The notes below the pieces were generated by a model. The model was not told the origin of the DNA and did not search any database. It saw only the letters and a program-made list of their open reading frames with translations. Of a stretch of 64,000 bases of DNA, positions 44,017-53,545 are shown in pieces; position 1 is the first letter of the stretch, and each line of letters begins with the position of its first letter. The position numbers were made by a program, and so were the translations under genes. Source of the DNA: a virus. The stretch is taken from the IMG/VR virus record IMGVR_UViG_3300037797_000117, positions 1 through 64,000 of that record. One strand, given 5' to 3'.

Positions 44017-44919
44017 ATGGACAACGACAGCACGATGTGTGAACGCGAAATCGAGACCCAACCGGTCGGTGTCGACGCCGTTGTCCAGGCGGGCCGGTTC
44101 GGGGTGTCCGTTGCCAACCCGAACCAGGCCCGCATCCCCGACGGCCTGTGGTGGCTGTGGCTACGCCTCAAAGGGTTGGAGCCGGCAACCCAGCTCGGCG
44201 GCATCTACGCCGCCAAGTCCGGCTACCACGGCACCCGCGATGAGAACCGCAAGCGGTGGCCGGGGAACTACTCGATCCGTGAAGCTGAGGACCTCGGCGG
44301 GCCGGGTGACAAGGCCGCCGCCCTGGACTGGACGTTTCCCGACGCGCAGGCCGGCCGGTACGGCACCATCTCGAAGTACACCAAGCGGCTTCTGGTGTCG
44401 GGGAAGGACTCCAACGATCCGCGGCTGGACGGGCTCCGCGAGTTCTACGGCCAGGCCGACACCGACCGGTACGTCGAAGGTTGGGACTGCCGGCACCTGG
44501 TCGACGTCACCTCCGACGCGTCCCACCTGTGGCACCTGCATTTCAGCTTTGACCGGGACAAGGTCAACGACATGAAGGTGATGGAGGCGTTGCTGTCGGT
44601 CCTGACCGGGGAGGCGTTGGTGTCGTGGAAGGCCCGCACCGGCGGTGCCTCCCCCGCCCCGCAGCCGACCGGCCCGCCGGCCGGGGCAACCGGTCACCGG
44701 CCGGGGTCGCGGACGTTGCGGCTGACCAGTCCGCAGATGACCGGCGCCGACGTGACGTTCGTGCAGCGGTGGATCGGGCCGGAACGGGCAGGCGCCGCTG
44801 ACGGGATCTACGGCCCTGCCACGGTGGCCGGGGTGAAGTGGTACCAGCGGATGCGTGGCCTCGCCGTCGACGGCGAGGTCGGCCCGAAGACGTGGGCCCA
44901 TCTCGGGGTCAAGGCCTGA
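44017..44919 (+). CDS. Endolysin (Zn-peptidase-like domain plus PG-binding domain). True start may be ~44104.
   Basis: GYH...AALDW...HLWHLHFSF, then G.DV..VQ...ADGIYGP.T...V..YQR..GL.VDG.VGP.TW. Confidence 0.85.
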   Translation: MDNDSTMCEREIETQPVGVDAVVQAGRFGVSVANPNQARIPDGLWWLWLRLKGLEPATQLGGIYAAKSGYHGTRDENRKRWPGNYSIREAEDLGGPGDKAAALDWTFPDAQAGRYGTISKYTKRLLVSGKDSNDPRLDGLREFYGQADTDRYVEGWDCRHLVDVTSDASHLWHLHFSFDRDKVNDMKVMEALLSVLTGEALVSWKARTGGASPAPQPTGPPAGATGHRPGSRTLRLTSPQMTGADVTFVQRWIGPERAGAADGIYGPATVAGVKWYQRMRGLAVDGEVGPKTWAHLGVKA

Positions 44920-45587
44920 TGGTGTGCCGGTACTACGAGGATGAGCTGGTAACGCTGTACCTCGGCAATTGCCACGAGATCGCGGAGTGGACGGCGGCAG
45001 ACGTTCTCGTTACCGATCCGCCGTACGGAATCGGATGGCGGACCAACGGTGGCGGCGGAAACGGTATCACCCCCGGCCGGCGTCACGACGGCATCCAAGG
45101 CGATAATGACACCTCGACTCGCGACAGGGCGATGGATCTATGGGGGGCAAAACCGGCGCTGGTGTTCGGATCGTTTCGCGCCCCGCCCCCGGCTGGCGTG
45201 GTCGAAACTCTGGTCTACCGAAAGCCAGCAGATTCGGGTGTCCTCGGCACCACCACCGGGTGGCGTCGGGACGTCGAACCCGTTTACGTCCTCGGTACGT
45301 GGCCTCGCCGCAAGACGCGGTGGAGTGCGGTAGTCGCCGCTCGCGGCGGGATTTGCAACGCCATCATGCGTACCGGCCACCCCCACACCAAGCCGCTCGA
45401 CGTAATGGAGCAACTCGTCGAGGCCTGCCCCGAGGGTGTGATCGCCGACCCGTTCGCTGGCTCGGGTTCGACGCTGGTTGCAGCACGTAACCTCGGACGT
45501 CGTGCTGTCGGCGTAGAGCTGGAGGAACGCTATTGCGAGGTCGTCGCCAAGCGACTCGACCAAGGCGTACTGCCCCTCATGTCATGA
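44919..45587 (+). CDS. DNA N4/N6 methyltransferase (beta class)
   Basis: VTDPPY...HPHTKP...ADPFAGSGST. Confidence 0.92.
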   Translation: MVCRYYEDELVTLYLGNCHEIAEWTAADVLVTDPPYGIGWRTNGGGGNGITPGRRHDGIQGDNDTSTRDRAMDLWGAKPALVFGSFRAPPPAGVVETLVYRKPADSGVLGTTTGWRRDVEPVYVLGTWPRRKTRWSAVVAARGGICNAIMRTGHPHTKPLDVMEQLVEACPEGVIADPFAGSGSTLVAARNLGRRAVGVELEERYCEVVAKRLDQGVLPLMS

Positions 45588-45621
45588 CATCTGGGATAGT
45601 GGTCGACGTGCCGATGGCATG

Positions 45622-45670
45622 CGAAGCGGCCCGGCCACACCCCCGTCGGGGGTGTGGCCGGGCCGCTTCG
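45622..45670. terminator. Hairpin between convergent transcription units
   Basis: cgaagcggcccggccacacccc...ggggtgtggccgggccgcttcg. Confidence 0.8.
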
Positions 45671-45688
45671 TGGTTCGGCGCGGGCCGG

Positions 45689-46018
45689 TTACCAGACGGT
45701 CTTGCCGTGTCCGACCTGGGCACTGCGTGCCCGGTTCCAGTGCGGCACGTGCTGCTGGACCGGGTTGACACCGACCATTTCGACGTAGGTCGAGGCCGGC
45801 ACGACGGTGCCCAGGCGCAGGTCGCCGGGTTCGGCGTCTCCGGGCCATTCGAAGGTAGGCAGGTGCCGGTCGACGTACAGGGTGGCTTCTTCTTCGCTGC
45901 CCCACACGGTGCGGGCCACGGTGCGGGCGTCTTTGTCGCCACGTTTGAACGCGAGAACTGCGATCCATACTTCGCCGGGTGGTGCCCAGGCGGGTGGAAC
46001 GGTGGTGCTGGTCGTCAC
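45689..46018 (-). CDS. Hypothetical protein
   Basis: GGAGG RBS, GTG start. Confidence 0.6.
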   Translation of the reverse strand: MTTSTTVPPAWAPPGEVWIAVLAFKRGDKDARTVARTVWGSEEEATLYVDRHLPTFEWPGDAEPGDLRLGTVVPASTYVEMVGVNPVQQHVPHWNRARSAQVGHGKTVW

Positions 46019-46574
46019 GGGTGTTCCCTCCGCCGGGTTGCGTTCGAGCTGGCCGTGTCGTTTTGATCAGTGCGCCGTTGTGTGTACAACGACGGGTCCG
46101 GGCTGGCAGGTACGGCCCCCGCCGACTTTCGTATTTGTGTGATCACTCTGAGCTAGGAACATAGACATGACGGTTGACCTTGGGACGGTGGCCTGACGCA
46201 CTTGCCCGACAAGGGGTCGGTTCGTTAGACGCCGCCCGTGCCCGCAGCCCTTGCTGCGCGCGGGCTATCGGCGTCTACAACCGACACACCCGTACCCGGC
46301 CCGGGGCCGGGGTGCGGGCCGAAGTCATTGCTCCATCGGGGGCGCGGCGGCGGCACAAGGTTGGGTGTGCGCGGGCGAGGCCACAGAACCCTTCCTCATG
46401 CCACCGCCGCGTTGACGCGCAGCCGATCGGGGGACGGAATGCGCGTATGAGGTGGCGGGGGGCCGCGAACTGGACGTGGCCCCCCGCCCCGACAGATTCG
46501 GGCACCATACCGCTCAACCCAGGTACCGCGAGGCCAAACTACGCGCGCTTATAACCCGACTTGAGCGGGGAAGG

Positions 46575-47489
46575 TTACGGCCCGGGCGTCGACCAACTGC
46601 TCTGGATGGTGGTGACCGCGTCGGCCAGCGTCGGCCATTCCATCCACGCCACCGACCCGGCGATGGCTGTAATCAGCAGCGGCCGCACCACGTACTGCTC
46701 GAATAGGCCGCCGGTGTTGAAGCGGGTCTTGACCGTCGCCGACCAGGACCCGGCCCGGACCGTGACGGTTTTCGGTGGTCCGACCGGATGCCACCGCCGC
46801 CACCCGACGATACGTCTGCGGCCGGTGGAGTCGCGGCGCAGCACCGGCACCGGGACCGGCGCCACGATCGGGCAGGCCGAGTTGGTCGGCGCGTCGCCGA
46901 GGCAGTGGATGAGAGATCCGGCGGCTACGGCGAGGCCGAGCCACCACGCCGACCCGGGCGCCTGAACGAAGGTGAACACGGCGAACCCGGCCGGCACCAG
47001 GACCGGAACCGAGATCCGCATTCGCCGCCGTCGGGGTCCGGTCCGGATCTGGATCCGTTGCCACCGCCACGGCAGTGTCGTGCGCAGCCCGAGGTGGGCT
47101 GACACGAATACCAGGGCGGCGGCCAGGTACGGCCCGGCCCACCGGCCGGCCGCGGCCACCACCACACCACACAGGATTGCCCACACCGCGGTGTGGGTAA
47201 GGAGCCGATGCCCGCCCAGACCCGGGCGGTCCCACGCGGTACGGGTCCGGTCGTGGACGACGCGGCTCAGTTCAGCGACCGCTTCGGCCAGGTAGCGGGT
47301 GATGGGGCCGGCGTACCGGGAAACCGTCGACTCTGGGTGGTCCAGGTCGGGAATCAGTGCCCACCCGGCGCACACCGCCGCGCCGATGGTACGTACGTGC
47401 AGCGCCACTGGGTGCCCGGCGGCGTCGAGGACCGCGCAGCCGGCGAGCCAGCCGGCGGCGCCACTCATCGCGTGCTGCTTGCCCATCAT
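46575..47489 (-). CDS. YdjM-like membrane-bound metal-dependent hydrolase
   Basis: MMG..HA.SG, PDLDHP.S, HR.LTHT, H.LGD. Confidence 0.85.
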   Translation of the reverse strand: MMGKQHAMSGAAGWLAGCAVLDAAGHPVALHVRTIGAAVCAGWALIPDLDHPESTVSRYAGPITRYLAEAVAELSRVVHDRTRTAWDRPGLGGHRLLTHTAVWAILCGVVVAAAGRWAGPYLAAALVFVSAHLGLRTTLPWRWQRIQIRTGPRRRRMRISVPVLVPAGFAVFTFVQAPGSAWWLGLAVAAGSLIHCLGDAPTNSACPIVAPVPVPVLRRDSTGRRRIVGWRRWHPVGPPKTVTVRAGSWSATVKTRFNTGGLFEQYVVRPLLITAIAGSVAWMEWPTLADAVTTIQSSWSTPGP

Positions 47490-47740
47490 CGGCGGCGTCC
47501 CCGGTCGGTGGAGCGTCGACCTTTGCGGCCTTCGTTGGCGTCCGGGGCGCGGTGCCCGACGTGGTGAAAGCCGCAGCCGCCCTGGTCGGGTCGGCAGTAG
47601 TAGGCGCCGAGGCTGCCCCGCGGGTGAAGACCGCTGCCGATCATCTGTTCGCGCCGGGCGACCGCAGCTTCCCGGGTCTCCAGACGTTCCTTCTTCTTCT
47701 TGTCTCCGCATCGGCGGGCGACGGACTGGGTGAACGGCAT
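47486..47740 (-). CDS. Small Cys/His protein
   Basis: C..K...AYYC....C.FHHVGH. Confidence 0.6.
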   Translation of the reverse strand: MPFTQSVARRCGDKKKKERLETREAAVARREQMIGSGLHPRGSLGAYYCRPDQGGCGFHHVGHRAPDANEGRKGRRSTDRGRRR

Positions 47741-47741
47741 G

Positions 47742-47963
47742 TCACACCCCCGCCGCGGGGGTGACCATGCCAGGCGCGAAGTGGACGATGACGCCGGCGA
47801 CGACCCGCTCGGGGTGGCCTGCGGTGCAGGGAACCACCGCGACGGCGGTCACGGTCGGGTACTGGCCTTTGACGCGGCGCAGCTCCCGGAGCAGGCAGCC
47901 ACAGCGTGCTTGCAGGTCGTATCCGACCGGAGCAAGGGGTGGGGCTGTTTGAAGATCAGACAT
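47742..47963 (-). CDS. Hypothetical protein
   Basis: GAGG RBS. Confidence 0.55.
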   Translation of the reverse strand: MSDLQTAPPLAPVGYDLQARCGCLLRELRRVKGQYPTVTAVAVVPCTAGHPERVVAGVIVHFAPGMVTPAAGV

Positions 47964-48113
47964 GGCGGTAACCTCTTCTTTAACAATGGGGCGATTCGTC
48001 GTCCCGCCCCAGGAAGTCGCTCTGGCCTTCGGGTCCGGGTCGGGTGTCGTGGGGCCGTTTGGGGAAACGATTGAGAAGCGGGGCCACCTCTCGGGTTGGC
48101 CCCGCTTCGCTTG

Positions 48114-48524
48114 TCAGAAGGGCCGTTCGAGGATCGTGCCGTCGGGCCAGGCGATCATAGGGACGGTCTTCACGGCCTGGCCGTCGGTGACTCCCAACCT
48201 CCAGATGTCACCCCAAACGGGGCCCTGGCCATGCAGGTAGCCGACGAACTGGTGGCCGGGGAAGGCGTCGACGAGCTCTTGAAGCTCCTCTTCTACGAGG
48301 GACAGCCTCACCGGGTACGGCCATGGAAACGCGACCGCGGTCGCGGTACGCGCTTCCAGGATCCCGTCGTCGGTCTCGACCTGTTCTGATCTTTCGACCA
48401 AGTACAGTCCCTTGCGGTTTTCCATGGCGTGTTCCCGGCTGCGGTACGGGCTGTCCTTGTACTCGAACCACCGCAGCGGTGGTTCGATCGTGATTTCTCC
48501 GCGCATGGAGCTGTCGTAGCCCAT
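48114..48524 (-). CDS. Conserved actinophage hypothetical protein (DUF6205-like)
   Basis: MGY.S...GEI.I.PPL.W...LQELVD.F..H.F.G...G.G...GD.WRL.V.DG. Confidence 0.7.
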   Translation of the reverse strand: MGYDSSMRGEITIEPPLRWFEYKDSPYRSREHAMENRKGLYLVERSEQVETDDGILEARTATAVAFPWPYPVRLSLVEEELQELVDAFPGHQFVGYLHGQGPVWGDIWRLGVTDGQAVKTVPMIAWPDGTILERPF

Positions 48525-48610
48525 CTCGGTCCTTCCTCGGATTCGGGGGTCAGGCGGTGGGGCCGCCCGGCTCGTCATGCGGGTCGCACTCCGGCATGAC
48601 GTTCTCCTGT

Positions 48611-48937
48611 TCAAGCGGCTGAGGAACCGGAGCGGCGGCGGCTGCCGCGGCGGGCGGCCACCCGCAGCATCAGGTTCATCGGGTTGACCCCGGCCCGGGT
48701 AGCGATCTGGTCCCAGGTGGTCATGGCGGTGGACTGTTCGTGGATGGTGGAGGCCGCGTCGTCGATGATGGCCTCGTACAGGCCGGTCATCGTCGTGAGG
48801 TGTTCGAGGACCTGCCGGGCGGCGTCGAGCCGGCGGCCGGGGTCGTCGAGGTCTCTGATCAGCCCCGGGGACGGCACCGTGAAGTAGCTGCCGGCCAGGC
48901 GGGTGATGCACGCCTCGTCGAGGGGGCGGCGGCGCAT
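48611..48937 (-). CDS. Hypothetical protein (TWDQIA..AG helix motif)
   Basis: Coupled ORF. Confidence 0.6.
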   Translation of the reverse strand: MRRRPLDEACITRLAGSYFTVPSPGLIRDLDDPGRRLDAARQVLEHLTTMTGLYEAIIDDAASTIHEQSTAMTTWDQIATRAGVNPMNLMLRVAARRGSRRRSGSSAA

Positions 48938-49248
48938 CAGGCCCGGCCTGTCCGGGCACGGATCGCGGTGGCGGCCGCGACAACAGCGGCGCCGGCGGCT
49001 TCGCGACGGCGGTCGGTGGCCACGTAGGACGGGATGTCCCGGATGAGGTCGCCCGCGATCCCGGACTGGTCGCCGGCGGCGATCAGTCCGGCCATGTAGG
49101 CCTCGGGTAGCTCGCCGAGGATGTCCGACACCTTCGCGGCGATGACATCACGGGCGGCGGCCTTGATTCGGAACGTGGCGAGTGCCCGGTAGGCGGCCCG
49201 CCGGGACCGGACGTAGCTGGGGATGTGCTCCCCGCCGGGGTGGTTCAT
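48937..49248 (-). CDS. Hypothetical protein
   Basis: GGAG RBS before ATG 49248. Confidence 0.6.
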   Translation of the reverse strand: MNHPGGEHIPSYVRSRRAAYRALATFRIKAAARDVIAAKVSDILGELPEAYMAGLIAAGDQSGIAGDLIRDIPSYVATDRRREAAGAAVVAAATAIRARTGRA

Positions 49249-49298
49249 GAGGTTTCTCCCAGCTCGGGTTCGGATCTCAGATCGGGTGTACCTCTTTC

Positions 49299-49328
49299 TT
49301 GTACCGTACCCGGGGTACCGAGTATTGT
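49299..49328 (+). promoter_or_regulatory. Promoter with palindromic operator in its spacer
   Basis: TTGTAC-cgtacccggggtaccgag-TATTGT. Confidence 0.65.
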
Positions 49329-49434
49329 CCAGAATCGAAGTAGGTTGCCGACCCGGGGAGCTGGACCCCGGCCGGTGGCCCCATGAGATGGAGCACCGAT
49401 GCGTCGCCACCTTGTTCTCGTACGCCCGGAACCC

Positions 49435-49776
49435 ATGCCGCGGTGCACCGCCGCCGACCCGTCCGCAACCTGCACCTGCAAAGGGCTGCTGGCCTACGTC
49501 GGTGGGGAATGGGTCCACGTCGACGTCTGCCTCGACTGCCTGACCGGGCCGGGCGGGCGGTGCCAGGGCCGGCATTCGCCGGTCGACCCGGACGGCGGGC
49601 CCTGCGACGACCCGCAACCGGCCGTGTGCGTCCACGAAGAGGACTGGCAGTGCCGCAACCCGGCCGAGATCCACGTCAAATGCGCCTACGCGCTCCCGGA
49701 TCAGACCTGCTGCGGCTGCTGCTGGGCAGACGAGTACCCGCTGGTCGACGACCGCGACCTGGTCGGGGCCGGGTGA
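49435..49776 (+). CDS. Cys-rich hypothetical protein
   Basis: Many Cys/His residues including TCCGCCW. Confidence 0.6.
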   Translation: MPRCTAADPSATCTCKGLLAYVGGEWVHVDVCLDCLTGPGGRCQGRHSPVDPDGGPCDDPQPAVCVHEEDWQCRNPAEIHVKCAYALPDQTCCGCCWADEYPLVDDRDLVGAG

Positions 49777-50336
49777 AGCGGTCGCCGATGACCCGGTCGC
49801 AGACCCCGATGTCCCGAAGCCCGATGACGCGGACCCGGATGAAGCGGCGGCCGGCGGACAACCACCTGACCGGCGACGAGTGGGATGTCCAGGGCCAGAT
49901 GTTGCTGGTCCGCACCGGTGGCCTGTGTGAAGGGCGCACCCCGGCGTGTATCGCGCCGGACGGCCTGGTGCTGGGGATGCCCCGGGAGCAGGTGGAGATC
50001 CAGCACCGGCGGGCGCAGGGCATGGGCGGTACGGCCCTGGTCGAGGCGAACAACCTGGCGAACCTGTTGCTGTTGTGCGCGCGGTGTCACCGGTGGGTGG
50101 AGTCGCGGCCGTCGCCGCCGGATGACGGGGCGGATCTGGCCCGGCGGCGGGGTCTGTGGGTCGGGCATGACTACCGGGACGGGGTGCCGGTGCCGGTTGA
50201 GGAGTATCCGCTGGTGTTGGCGTCGGGGCGGATGGTGTTGCTGGATCCGGTGGTGCCGGAGTATCGGCGGCATCCGTCGGAGTGGTCCGGAGAATGGTCA
50301 CAGCTTGTGCCGTACCCCGGGTACGGCTACAGTTAG
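49773..50336 (+). CDS. HNH-type endonuclease
   Basis: R.GGLCE...C...HRRAQGMGG...NLLLLCARCHRWVE. Confidence 0.8.
   Translation: MKRSPMTRSQTPMSRSPMTRTRMKRRPADNHLTGDEWDVQGQMLLVRTGGLCEGRTPACIAPDGLVLGMPREQVEIQHRRAQGMGGTALVEANNLANLLLLCARCHRWVESRPSPPDDGADLARRRGLWVGHDYRDGVPVPVEEYPLVLASGRMVLLDPVVPEYRRHPSEWSGEWSQLVPYPGYGYS
50305..50333 (+). promoter_or_regulatory. Promoter with a perfect 19-bp palindrome
   Basis: TTGTGC-cgtaccccgggtacggc-TACAGT. Confidence 0.75.
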
Positions 50337-50368
50337 GTTGTTGGTAGAGGACAACGGAAGGCAACCCC

Positions 50369-51442
50369 ATGACCACAGCGACCGTGACACCCCTGGTCTC
50401 CGGCACGACCGACGCGCACGGCACTACGAGCACCGTCACCAACGGTGGACTCCTCCGCGACGAGGCCCGCCGCATCCCCGCCTTCATCGCGCTGTCCCGC
50501 CTCGGCGACGGCCGCTACGCCGAGAACGTGGCCGGCATGACCGTCCCGCAGGCCCTGGAAGCCGCCGGCCTCGACTTCACCGTCGCCAAGCACGACGGCC
50601 TGTCCGTGAACGGCTTCAACGACGGCTGTGACCGAGTTGCCGGCCTGACCAAGATGCGCGGCGCCGTCGCCCACTTCACCGACCACCGCCCGCCGACCCT
50701 CCTCGGTGTCGTCGGTGAGGGCTACGAGGTCGTCCAGCCCGCCGAGGCAGCCCAGTTCGGCCAGGCCGTACTCGACGAGGGCGGCGCCACCGTTGTCGCA
50801 GTCGGCGCCTACGGAGACCCGATCGGGTCACGCATGTACATGGCGCTGAAGATGCCCGGCGGCATCACCATCGGCGGCGAGGACCCGCACGACCTGTACC
50901 TCACCATCGGCAACTCGTGGAACCGCTCGACCGGCCTGTGGGCCGTCTGCGCCCCGATCCGCCTGGACTGCACCAACCAATTCGCCGCCACGTTCGGCAA
51001 GCTCTCCGCACGGATCTCGCTGCGCCACACCGCCGGTGTCGCCGCCGAGGTTGCCGAGGTCCGTCGCATGCTGACGATCGCGAACACGTTCACCGACCAC
51101 TTCACCGCGTTCGCCGAGTCGCTACTCACCGAACCGATGGTGGGCAGCGACGTCGACACCTTCGTCGAGAAGCTCATGCCGACCCCGCACGCGGTGAAGA
51201 CCGACCGCGGTGAGCAGAACTGGGCCGGGCGGCGCAACACGATCTCCTACCTGATCCGCGCCGGTGAGCGCAACACCGTCGGCCGGGGCACCCGGTACGC
51301 CGCCTACCAGGGCGTCGCCGAGTGGGCCGACTGGATTAAGGACGCCAAGAGCCCGTTGACCCGCGCCGTGCGCGCGATCGACGGCGGCGAGCACGAACAG
51401 ATCAAGATTCGGGCGGCGGAGCTGCTGTCCGCTGGCCTGTAG
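50369..51442 (+). CDS. DUF932 family protein
   Basis: ALEAAGLDFTV...LGVVG..Y..VQP...NS.N.S...PIRL.CTNQ...RHT...GTRYAAYQ.V.EW.D. Confidence 0.88.
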   Translation: MTTATVTPLVSGTTDAHGTTSTVTNGGLLRDEARRIPAFIALSRLGDGRYAENVAGMTVPQALEAAGLDFTVAKHDGLSVNGFNDGCDRVAGLTKMRGAVAHFTDHRPPTLLGVVGEGYEVVQPAEAAQFGQAVLDEGGATVVAVGAYGDPIGSRMYMALKMPGGITIGGEDPHDLYLTIGNSWNRSTGLWAVCAPIRLDCTNQFAATFGKLSARISLRHTAGVAAEVAEVRRMLTIANTFTDHFTAFAESLLTEPMVGSDVDTFVEKLMPTPHAVKTDRGEQNWAGRRNTISYLIRAGERNTVGRGTRYAAYQGVAEWADWIKDAKSPLTRAVRAIDGGEHEQIKIRAAELLSAGL

Positions 51443-51448
51443 GAACGT

Positions 51449-51487
51449 CAGCCGCCCGGCCCCGTCTCCCCCGGGGCCGGGCGGCTG
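51449..51487 (+). terminator. Terminator-like hairpin
   Basis: cagccgcccggcccc...ggggccgggcggctg. Confidence 0.7.
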
Positions 51488-51577
51488 CACAGACGGCACA
51501 CGGTCACACCTTCGCGCCGTTGCCCCGGAATCGAACTACCTCAGATGAGTTGTCCGCCACCACCACCGGGAGTCCCC

Positions 51578-52006
51578 GTGGATACCGTCACCAGAGTCAA
51601 GATCCCCGTATCCGCGAACGCCCTACCGAAGCGGACCCCGACCCAACTGGTCGAGATGGCCCGCGCCGACCTGGCCCAGTCCGGAACCATCCGCAACAAC
51701 GGCCTGCGCTACGCCACCGCCCACCTCGCCGCGTTGCGGGCCGCGTCCGCGTTGCTCGCCGCCCGGGCCACCCCTACCGAGGACATCGCCGACAGCCCCA
51801 CCAGCGTGTGGGTGATGCTGGTGATGGTCGCCCCGGAACTGGAACAGTGGACCGACACCTTCACGGCGAGCGCCCGGAACCGGGCCACCATCGAAGCCGG
51901 CGGGGTACACACCGTAGACGGGCACCAGGCGGACATTCTGATGATCCAGGCCGGCCGGTTCGTACAGGTCGTCGAAACCATCCTCGGCCTGACCCGCCCG
52001 ATTTAG
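51578..52006 (+). CDS. SAV_6107-family HEPN domain protein
   Basis: RYATAHLAALRAA.ALLAARA...SVW..L..VAPEL..W...F...A..R...EAG. Confidence 0.8.
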   Translation: MDTVTRVKIPVSANALPKRTPTQLVEMARADLAQSGTIRNNGLRYATAHLAALRAASALLAARATPTEDIADSPTSVWVMLVMVAPELEQWTDTFTASARNRATIEAGGVHTVDGHQADILMIQAGRFVQVVETILGLTRPI

Positions 52007-52015
52007 TCCGTGACG

Positions 52016-52056
52016 ACCGCCCCTGCCCAGCCGCAACGGCTGGGCAGGGGCGGTTT
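52016..52056 (+). terminator. Intrinsic terminator
   Basis: accgcccctgcccagccg-caa-cggctgggcaggggcggt followed by T residues. Confidence 0.75.
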
Positions 52057-52087
52057 CGCATTTCCCGGAAAAAGCCCCATCACCGTA

Positions 52088-52116
52088 TTGTGTCGTACCC
52101 CGGGTGCGAGTAGCGT
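52088..52116 (+). promoter_or_regulatory. Promoter with palindromic operator in its spacer
   Basis: TTGTGT-cgtaccccgggtgcgag-TAGCGT. Confidence 0.7.
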
Positions 52117-52173
52117 CACGGGCAGGCAAGGGAGAACTGGACTCCCCCACTACCCCGAGATGAGGCATCCGCC

Positions 52174-52404
52174 ATGGCCACCATCGTCGCCACCGCCGAA
52201 ATCGTGTTCGCCAGCCCCTTGCAGGAAAGCGACCCGCTCACCCCCGACACCGTCGAGGCTGCGGTCACCGCCACCGAGCTACGCCTTGGCCTCGACGGGT
52301 GTATCGCCCAGCTCGCCGGCGAATACGCCCGCCACCCCGACACGGCAGCCGCCCGGATGCGTTTCTCCCTGCGGGCCGCCGCACTCATCTGCAACTGCCA
52401 CTGA
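52174..52404 (+). CDS. Conserved actinomycete small protein
   Basis: FAS.LQ.SD...G..GC.A.LA.EY..HPDTAA.RMR. Confidence 0.7.
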   Translation: MATIVATAEIVFASPLQESDPLTPDTVEAAVTATELRLGLDGCIAQLAGEYARHPDTAAARMRFSLRAAALICNCH

Positions 52405-52425
52405 CATTCGCTGGCAGGAAGGGAA

Positions 52426-52743
52426 GTGATGACGATGCGCGCCACCCGTCTCGACGCCATCCGCAGGCGCGCTGCGGCAGCAACACCGGGCACCTGGAAG
52501 ATCGGCAGCAAGTTCGGCTGCGGCGTCCTCGGATCGTCGGTCGTGGTCCTGTCCGGCAAGCTCCCGTCGATCGACCTGGACCCCTACCGGAACGGCCGGG
52601 CCGATGCCGCTTTTATCGCCCATGCGCGTCAGGACATTCCGGCGCTGCTGGTGGAGATCGACCGTTTGCGGGCCGAGCTGGAGAGCCGCCCAGGACGTCC
52701 GGGCACTCCGGGCGAAACCTGTCACCGTAAATCCCGGGTGTGA
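52426..52743 (+). CDS. Ead/Ea22-like protein
   Basis: AAATPG.W...ADA.FIAHAR.DIP.LL.EI.RLR. Confidence 0.75.
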   Translation: MMTMRATRLDAIRRRAAAATPGTWKIGSKFGCGVLGSSVVVLSGKLPSIDLDPYRNGRADAAFIAHARQDIPALLVEIDRLRAELESRPGRPGTPGETCHRKSRV

Positions 52744-52787
52744 CATTTCCCCCCACCACCCGCCCAGACCAGAACGGACCCCGACCC

Positions 52788-53414
52788 ATGAATGAGCCGC
52801 TCCTGTCCGAGCCCCGCATCGCCGGTGTCATCTACGGCGCGATCGGCGGGCGCCGCGTGTTCCGAAGCTCCGCCGACCAGCGTGACTACCTGGCCGCGCC
52901 CCGGTTTTCGATCGAGACGGTTGAGGACATCGACGTGACCGACCTGATGGCCGCGATCGGAGGGGCCGGCCACGCCCGACGCCACGTCGGCGGGATCTGG
53001 GAGTTGACCGCGGCCGGGGAGGAACGCCTGTCCGAGTACGCGGTTGAAGCCCTGTTCCACCCGGAAGTGCTGCGGCTGCGGGAGCAGGCGGTCGCGGTCG
53101 AGGATGCCCTGCGCCGGCTGGCCCTGTTCCAGGAGCCGACCGCGAACCAGTTGGCGGTGGTCCCGCCGGAGCATCGGGTGTATCTGATGGGTCAGGCCGC
53201 CGGGCACCGGGCGATGCAGGAGCTGTACCGGCGGCACCGGCGGGTAGGGGAGATGTTGGCGTCGTGGTTGGGCCGGTTCGGGTCCGCCGGTGGGGATCCG
53301 CAGGTCCGTCAGGTGGCGTTGGTGAAGGCCTACCTCGACGGGGAGGCCGTCGAACATCAGGACGGCCCGGAGCGGGTGGCGGAGATGGCCCGGATGGTGT
53401 CGACGGGGTCCTGA
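52788..53414 (+). CDS. Hypothetical protein
   Basis: ORF in operon. Confidence 0.6.
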   Translation: MNEPLLSEPRIAGVIYGAIGGRRVFRSSADQRDYLAAPRFSIETVEDIDVTDLMAAIGGAGHARRHVGGIWELTAAGEERLSEYAVEALFHPEVLRLREQAVAVEDALRRLALFQEPTANQLAVVPPEHRVYLMGQAAGHRAMQELYRRHRRVGEMLASWLGRFGSAGGDPQVRQVALVKAYLDGEAVEHQDGPERVAEMARMVSTGS

Positions 53415-53469
53415 CCGTTTTCTGGTGTGGTTGGCCGGGTTGCCGAGGGTTCGGCAGCCCGGCCACTTC

Positions 53470-53499
53470 TTGTTCCGTACCCGGGGTGCGGGGTAGTGT
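53470..53499 (+). promoter_or_regulatory. Promoter with palindromic operator, upstream of whiB
   Basis: TTGTTC-cgtacccggggtgcgggg-TAGTGT. Confidence 0.7.
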
Positions 53500-53545
53500 T
53501 GGTGGTGGTGGGGAACTGGACCCCGCCACCGGAGATGGAGACACG

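Noticed and set aside
15128-46146. tgtgatcac occurring in two long intergenic regions (15128 and 46138)
   Set aside because: Only 9 bp and two copies, too weak to assign a host regulator site.
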